Positions 12,333 through 25,514 of a DNA stretch of 64,000 nt are shown piece after piece. The stretch is taken from contig NC_043006.1 in NCBI RefSeq assembly GCF_006345805.1, positions 54,808,001 to 54,872,000 on the forward strand, read 5' to 3'. Source of the DNA: Octopus sinensis (taxonomy: Eukaryota). The translations under genes were made by a program, and so were the position numbers. How positions within the stretch are numbered: position 1 is the first letter of the stretch; the number at the start of each line of letters is the position of its first letter. The notes under the pieces are model-generated. The model was not told the DNA's origin. It saw nothing but the letters and a program-made list of their open reading frames with translations, and searched no databases.

Positions 12333-14238
12333 TGTACACAGAAGAATTCAAAGTAGAGGTTGGGGTCCACCAGGGTTCAGTACTCAGCCCCCTCCTATTT
12401 ATCATAGTCCTCCAGGCAATTACGGAGGAATTCAAGACAGGCTGTCCCTGGGAGCTCCTCTACGCTGACGACCTTGCTCTTATTGCTGAGTCACTATCAG
12501 AACTGGAGGAGAAGTTCCAGGTGTGGAAGGAGGGTTTAGAATCAAGGGGCCTTAGAGTCAACCTAGCTAAAACCAAAGTACTAATAAGTAGAAAGGTAGA
12601 CAATCCACAAATATCTTCAGGAAGATGGCCCTGCTCGATCTGTAGAAAAGGTGTAGGTAGAAACTCTATAAGATGTACCCAGTGTAAGCTATGGACACAT
12701 AAGAGGTGCAGCAATGTCAAAGGTAGGCTAACTGGGAAGATAGTTTTTGTATGTGGCAGATGCTCGGGAGCATTAACCTCCGAAAATCTGCAGAGAAAAC
12801 AACTTCCGTCACTTTCCAGGGGGAAAAACTAGAAGTAGTTGATAGCTTCCGTTATCTAGGTGACCAAGTCAGTAGTGGGGGGGTGGGTGCGCTGAAAGTG
12901 TAACTGCTAGAATAAGAATAGCCTGGGCAAAGTTTAGGGAGCTCTTACCTCTGCTGGTGACTAAAGGCCTCTCGCTCAGAGTAAAAGGCAGACTGTATGA
13001 TGCGTGTGTACGAACAGCCATGCTACATGGCAGCGAAACATGGGCTGTGACTGCTGAGGACATGCGTAAGCTCGTGAGGAATGAAGCCAGTATGCTCCGA
13101 TGGATGTGTAATGTCAGTGTACATACTCGACAGAGCGTTAGCACCTTGAGAGAAATGTTGTACCTAAGAAGCATCAGTTGTGGTGTGCAAGAGAGACGAT
13201 TGCGCTGGTATGGTCATGTGGCGAGAATGGATGAAGATAGGTGTGTGAGAAAGTGCCAATCCCTAGCAGTTGAGGGAACCCGTGGAAGAGGTAGACCCAG
13301 GAAAACCTGGGACGAGGTGGTGAAGCACGACCTTCGAACTTTAGGCCTCACTGAGGAAATGACCAGAGACCGAGACCTTTGGAAATATTCTGTACGTGAG
13401 AAGACCAGGCAGGACAAGTGAGCCCAGCCCACTTATGAATGCCTTTCCCTTGGACACAAGACCGGTTGAGGCAAGCGAAGTCGATATAGAACCTCATCCG
13501 ACGACAGACACCCATCCCAACCCCCCATGCTTGCGAAGACATGTTGGGGCAAGCGAAATCGAATCGAAATCGAACCGAATTGAACCAGCCAGGATCCCTG
13601 GCCTGGTGGTACGTAAAAAGCACTATCCGACTCGGGGCCGTGCACGTAAAATACTCCAATGCGACCGTACGACAGGCACCCATGCCAACCCCCTTTGCTT
13701 GTGAAGACATGTTGGGGCAAGCGAAATCGAAATCGAATTGAACCAGCCAGGATCCCTGGTCTGGTGGTACGTAAAAAGCACTATCCGACTCGTGGCCGTG
13801 GCACGTAAAATACTCCAATGCGACCGTACGACAGGCACCCTTGCCAACCCCCTTTGCTTGTGAAGACATGTTGGGGCAAGCGAAATCGAAATCGAATTGA
13901 ACCAGCCAGGATCCCTGGTCTGGTGGTACGTAAAAAGCACTATCCGACTCGTGGCCGATGCCAGCACCGCCTCGACTGGCTTCCGTGCCGGTGGCACATA
14001 AAATACACCAATCTGACCGTGGCCGTTGCCAGCCCCGCCTGGCACCTGTGCAGGTGGCACGTAAAAAGCACCCACTACACTCACGGAGTGGTTGGCGTTA
14101 GGAAGGGCATCCAGCTGTAGAAACATTGCCAAATTAGACTGGAGCCTGGTGCAGCCTTCTGGCTTCCCAGAACCCCGGTCGAACCGTCCAACCCATGCTA
14201 GCATGGAGAACGGACGTTAAACGACGATGATGATGATT
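12333..14238 (+). mobile_element. 5'-truncated RTE-clade LINE (RT C-terminal half, 3' UTR, (GAT)n tail)
   Basis: GVHQGSVLSPLLF, YADD at 12461-12472, KTK, FRYLG, RRLRWYGHVARM and GRGRPRKTW motifs. Two frameshifts (near 12795-12820 and in the G-run near 12876) split ORFs 12332..12832 and 12957..13421. Confidence 0.95.
13495..13960 (+). repeat. About 160-bp tandem triplication within the LINE 3' UTR
   Basis: ccaacccc anchors at 13517, 13685 and 13844 (periods 168 and 159), near-identical units. Confidence 0.95.
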
Positions 14239-15376
14239 ATTGTATACAGTGTACAACTCATCAGAAAAAGTAGCCAAAAATGCATGAACAGTACACAGAA
14301 TAATGCACAGGAAGTGAACAGTGAACAGGTCATTAAAAAAAGGGAGGGGACATCAGGGGTGAACATTGAAGTATTGTTTTTACAGACAGGTGCCCTTCCT
14401 TTCCTGTCACTAACCTTGTCCTGTTTTTCAAGTAAGGGATCTATTTCACACATCTTCAAAGGTGCAAAGCCTGTGGATGATTTGTAGCTCATGATTTTCA
14501 AAGAAGTGCAAACGTAAACAAATACTGCTACAAGTACAAGCACACAAGAAGCACATATAAATATACATCTCCCTACCTGCCTTCCCCCCATACACTACTT
14601 CTTTTAATTTATATCTACTTAATTCATTCATAAGGCTTTGGTTGGGTCAAGGCTATGGTACATGGCACTTGCTCAAGGTGCCTTGTCTAGGATTGAACCT
14701 GAAACCACGTAGTTAAGAAACGAATTTTTCAACTACACAGCTATGCCTGCACCTATATATTGCTTTCAAAGTTTTGCACAAGACCAGCAATTTTGGGGGA
14801 GGGAGTTGATCAATTACATTGACCTCAGTAATCAACTGGTACTTATTTTATTGACCGTGAAAGGGTGAGAGGCAAAGTCAACCTTAGCAGAATTTGGACT
14901 CAGAACGTAAAGACAGATGAAATGCAGCTAATCATTTTTTCTAGCATGCTAATGATTCTGCCAACTCGCTGCCTTACCTGTACCTATATATTGCATATAT
15001 TTGCAATATATATACATTGTTTGATAGTTACTAGCTGCTTTATTTCTTGGTGTCTGTATAGTCCTTGGCTAGATTCAAACTTGGAACCTATATTCCTCAA
15101 TACTCCAAGCTAACATTTTCATTAATTATATCTTTAAATACATCCAGGAAGAAGACATCAGATACTGATAAAAACTACTCAAAGCTTAATATAGATATAA
15201 ATATTGGGAATATATAATCTAAAGATGAGCTTAATAAGCTCCTGATTTGTAAATATTTGGCAATGTAGATCTTGGAGATAAGATGATGCAAGACGGAGAT
15301 AAGATTGTATATTGCAGACCTAGTCAACCCATATCAGCATAGTAAAAACAGATGCGAAAATAATTATGTGCATGTA

Positions 15377-15427
<51 letters not shown>

Positions 15428-16464
15428 GTGTGTGTGAGTGAGAAAGTACGCAGAGGTGCTTGTGGATTGTGTATGAAGACATCTAGAGTAATTTTAAATC
15501 ATTGAATACTGCAGTTGTAGTCTGCCAGGTTCAATTATGCAGACAAAACAATAAGGAGAAACAAATTCTCTTATGTGCATTGCAGTTAATACAACAGCTT
15601 GCTTGCCGTCTCTTTTTGTTTTTCTTTCTCTCTTATACACACATACTCTCTCTTTCTCTCTCTCACTCACACACACACACACACATTTCCTCTCACTCAC
15701 TTTATATATCTGTCTCACTCTTGTACATTCATATGCATACTTAAAACATTCTCATACATAGACTTATTTCTTTAGACATATAAATACACCTACATATCCT
15801 GATATGCTCTCTCTCTGTATCTGTCTGTCTGTCTGTCTTTCTCTGTGTCTCACTCTATCCCACCCATTCCAACCCCACCCAAGAAGTGCAGCTTGCCAAA
15901 TTCCTCATTCTAATAACCTAACAAGTCTGAAAGTTGCCCAATCTTCTATTTTATTTTTAACACAATGTTGCTGTTTGGATGTACAATCTATTTTTACCCA
16001 TTTATCAACAAGTGGCAGCCCACTGTCTATAATTAGATGTTCTCCTCCACCTCTCATGTGTAGCATGTGTTTACTCACCACTACAACTGAGCCCCTACCA
16101 CAAATACTAAACAATCGGTTACTCATCTCTGACATGTGGTCATTCTCCAAAGAGATTTATGATATAAGAGAATATTTCATCATTCAGTGTTGTTGTTTTT
16201 GTTTTCATTCATAGTATATCTAGGACTACAAGGTCTAATATGTGCTTCCTTTTATGAATGCACAGGTGTGTAATTTCAAGGAAATTTGGCTACTATTTCA
16301 AGAGGTGCTTTAATGATGCATAAGAATTTTGTTAAGTTAGTTGAGTGATTCACTGCTTCACTCTAGTAGTATTGTTATTGTTTAGCCCCAGGTCAGCTCA
16401 GTTCTCATTAGGCATCATTTTAAATCCCCTTCACTGTCTTTTTTGTCACCCACCTCCTTTAATT

Positions 16465-16830
16465 TATTACATTATCTATTACCACTGCCTTAGTGAAGGT
16501 GGAGTTATTGTTTTCAGTCGTGTTTGTTTGTATGTTTGTCTGTGGACAAGATATCTCAAGAACCGCTGGATGGATTTGGATGAAACTTTCAGGGATATTT
16601 GGCCTCGTGAGTAGCATGAACTGATTAGATTTTGGGATTGATCCAGTATCAAACAAGAATTCTAGATTATTTTTCCTGTTTTTTTTTACATAATTTTTGA
16701 GAGCAGTCAGTTTCATTTTTAGTAATCATATTTGTGAGAGCAGCCGAGTTTATTTCAGATATTCTCATTTTAAAAATCATCTCTGGCTAATTGTTGAGAG
16801 GACATTGGTGTTGCCTTGTTTATTTTCGTT
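16465..16830 (+). mobile_element. Non-autonomous element resembling Helentron-associated (HINE/DINE-1-like) repeats
   Basis: ttaccactgccttagtgaaggtggagttattgttttc, then a (GTTT/GTCT) microsatellite, then gatatctcaagaaccgctggatggatttggatgaaactt: the layout typical of these repeats. A similar layout occurs at about 5425-5830. Classification is by resemblance only. Confidence 0.45.
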
Positions 16831-17419
16831 CTGTTTTATTAAAATGTAGAGTGATAGAGCTATGGTTGGGTGACTAGATAGAATACTTGCCCAGTAACCA
16901 GAAACATTCACTATTCTACATATTGTTCCTTAGTTACCTGACCTGCTAGAAATAGCAGACAGAATACTCTTATATTCACACTCTACCTTCATAAAAAAAG
17001 TAGAAAGAACATACTGGATAATGTGATGGATAGTCTTGGTTGGAATGTCTATGATCATAAGTCTATTGAGTCAGAGCTGGTCTAGGGTTAAAGAATATCA
17101 ATAATTATGGTGTTGTTTCCATAACCAAGATATGTTACCATATGATAGTGTAAGTCATCGTTAGGAGTAGAAGTTGTTTCACTGTAACTTTGATGTCCAA
17201 ATAGTCTCTTGCCTCATAGTACACAGTTCAGTTCTTCTCTCTTGAATGATCAATTATGCTAGATTATTACATTTAGTTATTGCTGTTTAGATTTAGATGA
17301 ACTCTGAACCAGTAGACCTATGATCAAAGACATTCCAGCTGTCCATCCTGTCTGTTATTCCAACAGACAGGGTGGGCATAGCTGTGCCTTTTGAGCACAC
17401 TGGAAATAGATTCTCTTAA

Positions 17420-17625
17420 ATACTCAGATGGCTTACTAGAAGTAGTTGATAGCTTCTCAATCTAAGAGATTTAATTAGCAGGGGAGATGATTATCCAAAA
17501 CATATAGTAGCCAGAGTGAGAACAGACTGGAAAAATTTCTGGAAACGTTTAGCAGTAAAGGTCTTTTCCATCAGAATGAAGGCAGATTATGTGATGCTTG
17601 TATTAGAGCATACCATGACACTAGG
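17420..17625 (+). mobile_element. Short, highly decayed RTE LINE fragment
   Basis: gtagttgatagcttc...aaggcagattatgtgatgcttgt resembles 12835-13020. Confidence 0.6.
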
Positions 17626-17808
17626 GTAATATTTTTGGAAGCTGTGATTATATATATATATATATATAATATATATATAATATATATAGCAATAAGAAAA
17701 TGGAGGGGATCAATAGATGGTTCATCAACTTTTAGACATTATGTTATGTTAACTTATTTATTTACTAAACTGATAATTACAATAATATACATACATATAA
17801 CATATTCT

Positions 17809-18142
17809 GAGATCCCCTTCAGTCATGACACAGACCATGGGATTGCACCTAGAAAGTTACCCTCCCAGGCACAAGTCTGGGCAAGGCTGTTTATGGAAGA
17901 CCAGCAGTCACCCATGCATACCGGCCTCCCCTCTCCACGCCACCAGTGTTATCCAAGGGAAAGGCAAAGGCCGATACAGCTTGGCACCAGTGACGTCGCA
18001 ACTTACTTCTATAGCTGAGTGAACTGGAACAACATGAAATAAAGTGTCTTGCTCAAGAACACAACACACAGCCCGGTCCGGGATTCAAGCTCACAACCTC
18101 ACGATTGTAAGCCAACGCTCTAACCACTGAGCCATGCACCTT
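17809..18142 (-). mobile_element. tRNA-derived SINE, family 3
   Basis: Minus strand reads ggtgcatggctcagtggttagagcg...gcttgaatcccgg, then gttcttgagcaagacacttt. Related heads at about 33082(+) and 36945(+). Confidence 0.75.
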
Positions 18143-21100
18143 CACATATAATATATAACATATTATGCTTTACATATAAGATATAAAATATAGTAATATA
18201 TAAGGATACCAGTAATTATTATAAAATAACAAACATGCAATTTATATTCATGTTGGATCTCACTACTTTATTATACTCACATACACATACACACACATGC
18301 ATTGACTTTCCCTCCATGACTCCTGTCTCCTTACCACTTACAGACACCCTTCATCTCTTGTTTCTGAACACTTGTGCAGATCACATCATCTACTCCATTT
18401 AACTCTTACCTCCTTACATTTCTCTAGGCCCAGTTATAAAGTGGCTTCATTGGATCCCACATTTTTTCTCTCTACCCAATGCACTTCTAGCTTCACTCTG
18501 CCGTACTACTTACAGCTAGCACTCTCACTCCTTCTGGGTCATCTCTATTGCTGTTCAACCCCTAATTTTGTCTTTATTGCATTACCCAACCATATCTTTG
18601 TTCACCTCTGCCTTTCCCATCATACTCTTGTTCCTTCGACCCTTTCAATGATCATCCTAAGACGTTTGTGTACTCTTTACACATACACTCCTATCTCTCT
18701 ACCTCAACTACCTATTTCGGGTTTTCCTGCTATCATTGCTTCCTGTCCTTTTCCTTTCCTCGGCCCATTTGCCTTAGATCACCGAGTACTCTAGTGTTGC
18801 TATCACAAGAAAATGTACGTAATACACTCTGTAAAGTAGTTGGCTATAGATAGGGCATCCAGCTGTGGAAACCAGATCCCATGACATTTATGAACAACAA
18901 TCTTTTGGAGTAATAGCTCCCAATATGAAATGACTCAGAGCCTGACAACTCATCTAACCCATGCCAGCATGGAAAATAGACGTGAAATGATGATGAGGAG
19001 GAAAACAATGAAGATGATGATGACAATGATGGGGATGATGACATAGAATTTGATATGAGGATGCAGGATTTGAGATGAGATTTAGTTGCTATTTCTAGTA
19101 GGTTGGGTAACTACATAGATGTTCCCTTGCTAATTCATCATTTGGGCAATAACTAACGAAATTGAAGCCTACAGCCTGCGGATCATTTAAAGTTTTGTGA
19201 TATCATATTTTATATAATATGATATAATATAATATTTTTATTTTGTTTACTCTGCCTGCCACAGTCACTGCCAACTGTCTGACTTGAAACGTAAATAAAT
19301 CATTGAACCAATGTTCATGGAGATAAAAGTTTGTATCACACCTTACCAATTCATTAACAGTTATTTGTCACAATCTTGTTTATTTATGTATCTTTTGTTA
19401 GCGCCTGGCTCTAACTTTTTGATGAAACTACACCCAATAGTTCTTTTTGCGTTGCACTTTGTCAATATTTTGTTATTTATCTCTCTACTGCTGCATTGCC
19501 ACAGAGCTGGCACTGAATAAATACGCCATTTCATCTGCACTGCTGTGTGTGTGTGTATATGTGTGTGTGTTTGTGTGGTGTATACCTGTGTGTGATCATA
19601 ATTTTGTCTGCAGGATGTATTGTGTGTGTCTGTATATGATTTATGTGTACGGTGTGTTGTGTCTGGTGTATACCTTTGTGGTGTGTGTGTGTGATGCTGT
19701 GTGCTCAAGAAGCTTACTTCTCAGTCATGTGCTCTTGGGTTTTGTGGTTTTGTCCCACTGTGCTACACCTTGGGCTAGTGTCTTCTACTGAGGCCTGGGT
19801 TGACCAAGAGCTTGTGAGTGGAATTGGTTGATGGGAACTGAAAGCAGCCCATCACACACACACACACACATGTATGTATATATATATAGTTCTGTGAAAA
19901 ACATGTCTGACCATGGGGAAATATTACATTTCTTGGAAATAAGCGAGAGTTAGCAACAGGAAGGATATCCAGCTGTAGAAAATCTGCTTTAATAAATTCT
20001 GTCTGACCCATGCAAGCTTGGAAAAGTAGATGTTAAATGATGATGACAATAATATCTGCTGTGAGAATGTAAGTGTGTGTGTGTGTGTTATTTATTTCAT
20101 TAAATCCCTCAAAATTCTTAACTATTTTCAAAAATCAACCGAAACTAAGTGCATTTAATTTTAGCTAAGAACACAAAAAGTCTTAATGTTACACATCCAA
20201 CTGCTTTAACTCAACATATTTCTTGCTTATAATGGCCTCTGCTCTCCAGAACTGGCTGAGCTCATGTAGTCTCAACTCAGGCATTCCCATCTCCCTTTTT
20301 TCCTCTCTTATTACACTTACTGTGCACCCTCACTCCGTGACAATGGTCCTTTGGAATTCCTTCCCTGCTCATGTCTTTTGACTTATGAAATTTCAAGGGG
20401 ATCATTTATAGCATTATCAATCTCACCAGTCTAAGAAGGCCTGCAGAGGTCTTTGGCACTACCCTTTTTCTCCAGAGCCAACAAGTGAGAAAAATAAATC
20501 TGTGCAGATCTTTTGCTACAGTGCAACATTATACGTCTTTCACAAGCTTCATACAGTTTGCTTTTTTTGCAGAGAGAGAGGGGGAAGTGGGGCAAAGAGT
20601 GGAGGGGGGAAAGAGAGGTCTTTTGTTGTTAACAAGAATAGCAACTCAACTCCTGAACTTCTTCCAACCTTTTCTTGTTCTTGCTAATTTTTTCCTACAA
20701 CCATGCAAACGTAAATACATGTGTGTGTGTGTGTGCGTGTGTGTATATTCACACTTGCACACATGCACACACACACATACACATGCACACACATACACAT
20801 GCATGCATACACACACATACACACATACACACACACAAGCACATGCATGCACACACATACACACGTACATACATACGAGCCAATGAAAGATCTTTTGTGC
20901 ATTCACTTAACCGGATAGAAATAACAGTCAAATTTCCCTCAGGTCATCTTTAAAAAGAGGATACATTAGATAAGCTGTACACCCATCCAACCCATACCAG
21001 CATGGAGTATGGACATTAAATGATGATGGTAGATACCCCCTCAAAAAGTGGGATGATCCCAACAAGACGCCTTTGCTATACATGTCTTCTAGATTAGGCT

Positions 21101-23512
21101 TGACCTGAAGATAAATAACAGTAGCAACAACAACGTACACATCAACACACACACACACACACACACATGTACAGTGAGAGAGAGAGAAAGAGAGAGAGAG
21201 AGGAGGGAGAGAGAAAATGAACAGAACATCAAATGTCTGTGTTTTTTGGTTTCTGTTTGGTTGTACATTATCAGTCCCATTAGTGAATAATTAACCAAAT
21301 TGATTTCAGAACAACAGGAAATGGGGAGTTATGATGTTAATGACTTTTTAAGATAATAAAAGATTGTTTGTCGATGTAACAACAATAATTTGCTGTTTAT
21401 AATTTTTCCTTTTGTTTCCTAAATACCAACAGTAATAGAGTTTGACAGATCTTATTGATAGTGTAATGCAATATTAATTACATAGCACATGGTTTGTCAA
21501 TACAGGTCAAAATAGAACGAAATTCAGAGCCAAGAATACAACAAGAATGCAGGAGTTTAAAACACAGCAGAAAAACTAAAAATAAAAAAAATCTTTATTT
21601 CCGATAATCAACCAAGGCAAAGTTTATGTGTGTTTGTGAAAATGTACATCGAAAAGTCAATTAGATAATTCATATTGTAGAAATAAATATTTCAAAATAT
21701 GTTTTTTTTTTATGTTGTAAAGTCAAATATGAGTTTGTGATCAGCAGCAACAAATGAACGTAAATAGTTTGTGTTTTAAACTAGTAGGAGCTGGTTTTAG
21801 TTGAGAAATTAATTTGGTTAAAGAGAGAGAGAGAGAATCAGATAGCTTAGTCATAATTGCAAACATTAGAAAAGGAGACATGTCTGATGTCAAGTGAGAT
21901 AAAAGAAGAAAGATGGCAGTGAATTTTCACCTTCCTTAAGTCAAATCTAGGCTCCACATGCAACAAGCTTCTGAATTGATAAAATTTCTGATAGCTAAAA
22001 TAACACACATAAAAATGGATCTAATGTGATCATGTGTTCTGGTTAACATACAAAAGACAAGGGCTCACAGACTACTTGTTTTACCTAAAATTTCTGATTA
22101 GTTAAAAAAAAACCATATGTGGATGAAGTGGCTATAGCCTTCTTAATTTTAAAAATGTCAAAATAAGTAGATGTGAATGTCTATTTAAAATTTCTTCATT
22201 GAATAACTTTTCAGTGATTTGTAACAATCCAGTAAGGGTTATGAAGAGTTGTGGGACATTTTGTGTGTGTGAATAATTCCTCCCCTTATGCACACACCCA
22301 TAACACTAACTTCTGACAGAGAGGTTGTAATATAGATACTGTTAGGGTTGAATTTTAAGTGAGTTTGAAAGGTCTAAGATTACTTTCTTCATGTAGACAG
22401 GTATAGAATTACTGGGTTCTGTAGAGGGATGTAGAATTATTGAGTTATGTTGTGAAAAAAATCAAGTTATAGGCATGTGAAGAGAGATGTATAATTATTG
22501 GTATATGTAGGCAATGTGGAATGATTGGTGTACATAGAGAGATATAGAATTGATTTGTATGTAGAAAGATATATTGGGTTGTCAGACGAGTTCATATTTT
22601 ACAACTCAGCCAACATCATCTGGTTGGGAAACTTGCCCATGCCAGATATCCCAATCAAACAATGCAGCATGAACCTCTGGCTTGGATTTTAGTCACATTG
22701 GTCTTTCACTAGCTGAAATATCTCATCTGCACAAATCACGACTATAAATGAAAGCAGTGGTTTGCTAACTGAATTGGCCATTGAAACTTTATTATTTGTT
22801 CATCTGCCGAGCATCTGGTCTATATTTATCATTGATTCGATAAGTTCATTTGCTGAAAAATCCACATCCTGCTGCATCACATGATATTAACGTAACCAGG
22901 CTTGGGTAGTTACATGCTATCTAACTCATGGCCAGGAGGACCCTGGCAGGTGTCATTACTCTGGGTCAGAGGAGACCTAGGAACAATAGGAACTAAGAGG
23001 TGGTTCTACTCTTGTCAAAAGTCCTGAAACTCCTGAACCAAAGACCCACTACTGGATACAGGTTAAAGTCATATCCAGGATTTGGCACTCCATTGTCATA
23101 TGTCTCAAAAGAGGTAAATAGATTCAAATTTCAAAAATGATAAACAAAAGCTGTAAAGGAAGAATAGAACTAAAAAAAGACAAAGAAAAAAAACCCATAA
23201 AAGACTATCATAAAAATATTTCTTTGTGATAACATTGGAAAGGATTAAAATGAATGGGAAAAAACAAACATGAATTATTGATGTATGTAGACATATGCAG
23301 AATTATTGGGTTACACACACACACACACACATGCACATGCATGTGCACACAACACACATATAAGTAAGTACATAGGTGCTAAACAAGGTGGGAAAATAGT
23401 ACTTGAATTCCAAAGGTAGACTAAAATACTCTTTTATTAAAGCCGAAAAACTTCACAAACTGTGAAGTGATTTTTGGCTTTGATGAAATAATGTAGAGAG
23501 GTATAGGTTTAA

Positions 23513-23732
23513 CCCTTTAGTGTTCAGATTATTCAATCAAACATAATGCCTGTTGATTCCCATTGATTTGAATTAATCATGCATTATCTCATATGTTCAA
23601 GATCTTGATGGTGTAATTACTTAATGTAGAATAACATTGTAGGGTAGGTGTGAGAGCCTGGATCTGGTCAGTATGAACATAAAACAGATTAACTATTTTT
23701 GGCCGGATATGGCCGGTTTAAATACTAAAGGG
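23513..23732. mobile_element. piggyBac-like MITE (family A)
   Basis: TTAA|CCCTTTAG...CTAAAGGG|TTAA. Partial relatives at about 31885-32103 and 58563-58625. Confidence 0.8.
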
Positions 23733-24309
23733 TTAATGTCTAAGTAAGTATGAGAAGGACTAATATTTTGAAAATGTAAGCAGATATTTAATATAATGCA
23801 GATTTATACAGTTCTATATTTAAGAGATGAGGAATGTAATGTAAATAATGTAAATAATCCAGGTTTGTTGAATACTAAGTAAAGCAAATGTCATTATCGA
23901 ATATTTATATAATTTATATGTAACTCACATCATCTGTGCATTTTCTGTGTAAATACCTACCATCAGATATCAATATAAGGTTTGTAATATTATTTATTCA
24001 TAAGGATGATAAAGTAATTACTAATGAAGGGGTCAATTGAATCAGCTGTTCTTGTCCTTCAAACTATCTTAGAATTCATCCCCTGAAATTAAAAAAAACT
24101 TCAATATCTGTAAAGTTGCAAGTTGAGTTGCTTTGTACTTAGAACAAAATTAGTTGCTAGGCAAGGGAGAAGGAATTGAATGTGATGACATTAGCGGCTA
24201 CTTAAGGAATGGTAGATGTTAAGTTTGACAAGAAAAGTACTAAATTCTATAATTTCTTCATAACAGTAATGCATGTTTATAAATAGCAAGTTCAGACATT
24301 GTGTGTGGG

Positions 24310-24314
<5 letters not shown>

Positions 24315-24401
<87 letters not shown>
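24315..24401. repeat. Compound (CT)n(CA)n microsatellite
   Basis: Directly visible. Confidence 0.98.
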
Positions 24402-24405
<4 letters not shown>

Positions 24406-25415
24406 TGCACACACAAAGACTGTCATCCATGCATGCATACGCATGCACACAGACACACTCATGTTTCTGCCTGTGACTAGAAAAATCCGAATGAAGTTAA
24501 ATTGTTGAATTGTTGACTTAATAGTTAAGACTTTAAACTAGGCAAGGGCAATAAGTGTGCCATTCAGAAAGTCCTGCATACTGCAGGTTACCCATGACTG
24601 CTTTAAACCCTACAACTGCCCTTGAATAAAAAAAAAAAAAGCACATAACACTGCTTGCTTCATTTTTTACTCAACTTCACAGTTGAATAGTCAGTAGCAG
24701 GAAGAGCAACCAATTGTAATGTGAACTTCTACAATCAAACCATCGATGGAGCTACTGTGTTGCTCAGCTTGCTGCAAATATCAACCAAATCTTCCTCAAA
24801 TCACACCCTTCTAATCTTCTTGAGGGTGTCTCTGATTTTTAAACAAGGCCCTTTGCATTAAAGTGTTAATATTCAAATTTCACCCTTCCATCATGATTTT
24901 ATATAAGAACCTTTTGTGATGTTATGTTCCAAGTACTAACTTAATAAGTTTTGATTATTTAAAAAAATTAATTAAAGCACATTTACAGTGTATTCAAGAA
25001 AGTGCATTCTGAAATGTATTCATGAAACACCAAGTTGTTCTATTACCTGTGATCCCAGACAAACTCTGCTGTGGCAAGAAATACAAATAAGGATATCATC
25101 CAAGATCAACCATAGCAACAGTAATGGTGGTGCTCCAGCATGGCCACAGCCCATAGATTGGAGATGGTAAAAAATTGTATTTCATAAGAAATATATCCAT
25201 GAAAGACTTTAAAATATAAAGACATGTTTGAAGGTTTAGCCTAAGATAAACTATGACTGCAAAAAACATCACAGCCAGAACATTTTTAATCATAGACTTG
25301 CTGGATCAACTTGCTTGAATCACAACAATTGCTCCATTCTCACCATGCAAAAATGGTAAATTGCTTAAAATAAATAATGCTCTTTTCTGATCCTTTTATT
25401 TTCATTTATTTTCAG

Positions 25416-25514
25416 ACTGGCACCTGTGCTTTGTTTTTTGCTGCTCAAGGTGGTTTCTTGGATATTGTGAAAGTCTTACTGGAAAGTGGTGCACCAGTAG
25501 ATTTGGCTAGTTTT
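25416..25514 (+). CDS. ANKRD29: ANKRD29-like ankyrin repeat protein, first coding exon found in the window (TGTCALFFAAQGGFLDIVKVLLESGAPVDLASF)
   Basis: ttttcag|ACT acceptor and TTT|gtaagt donor; 99 bp, phase 0, one ankyrin repeat. Matches recalled human ANKRD29 segment SGTTALFFAAQQGH. Confidence 0.9.

Noticed and set aside
13495-13960. Tandem repeats considered as a CRISPR-like array
   Set aside because: Eukaryotic context; whole units are duplicated with no unique spacers.
13348-14204. Long ORFs (173 and 193 aa) with internal repeats
   Set aside because: Translations of the tandemly repeated LINE 3' UTR, mostly antisense.
14386-14487. tttttacag followed by 33 codons (TGALPFL...KGAKPVDDL) as a candidate upstream ANKRD29 exon
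   Set aside because: Lacks the ankyrin AAxxGH/LL core and ends in TAG rather than a phase-0 GT donor.
14217-14591. Minus-strand 124-aa ORF with an N-terminal hydrophobic stretch and a possible gttagt donor
   Set aside because: No recognisable family; hydrophobicity follows from TG-rich composition; no partner exons found.
20485-20953. Several overlapping ORFs, including minus-strand EKISKNKKRLEEVQ
   Set aside because: Mostly CA/TG microsatellite translation; the non-repeat part stops within about 20 codons and matches nothing I recognise.
24696-24830. GRATNCNVNFYNQTIDGATVLL reading frame resembling an ankyrin linker
   Set aside because: Runs into the short dispersed repeat (gctgcaaatatcaaccaaatc...caaatcacaccc); no repeat consensus or suitable donor.
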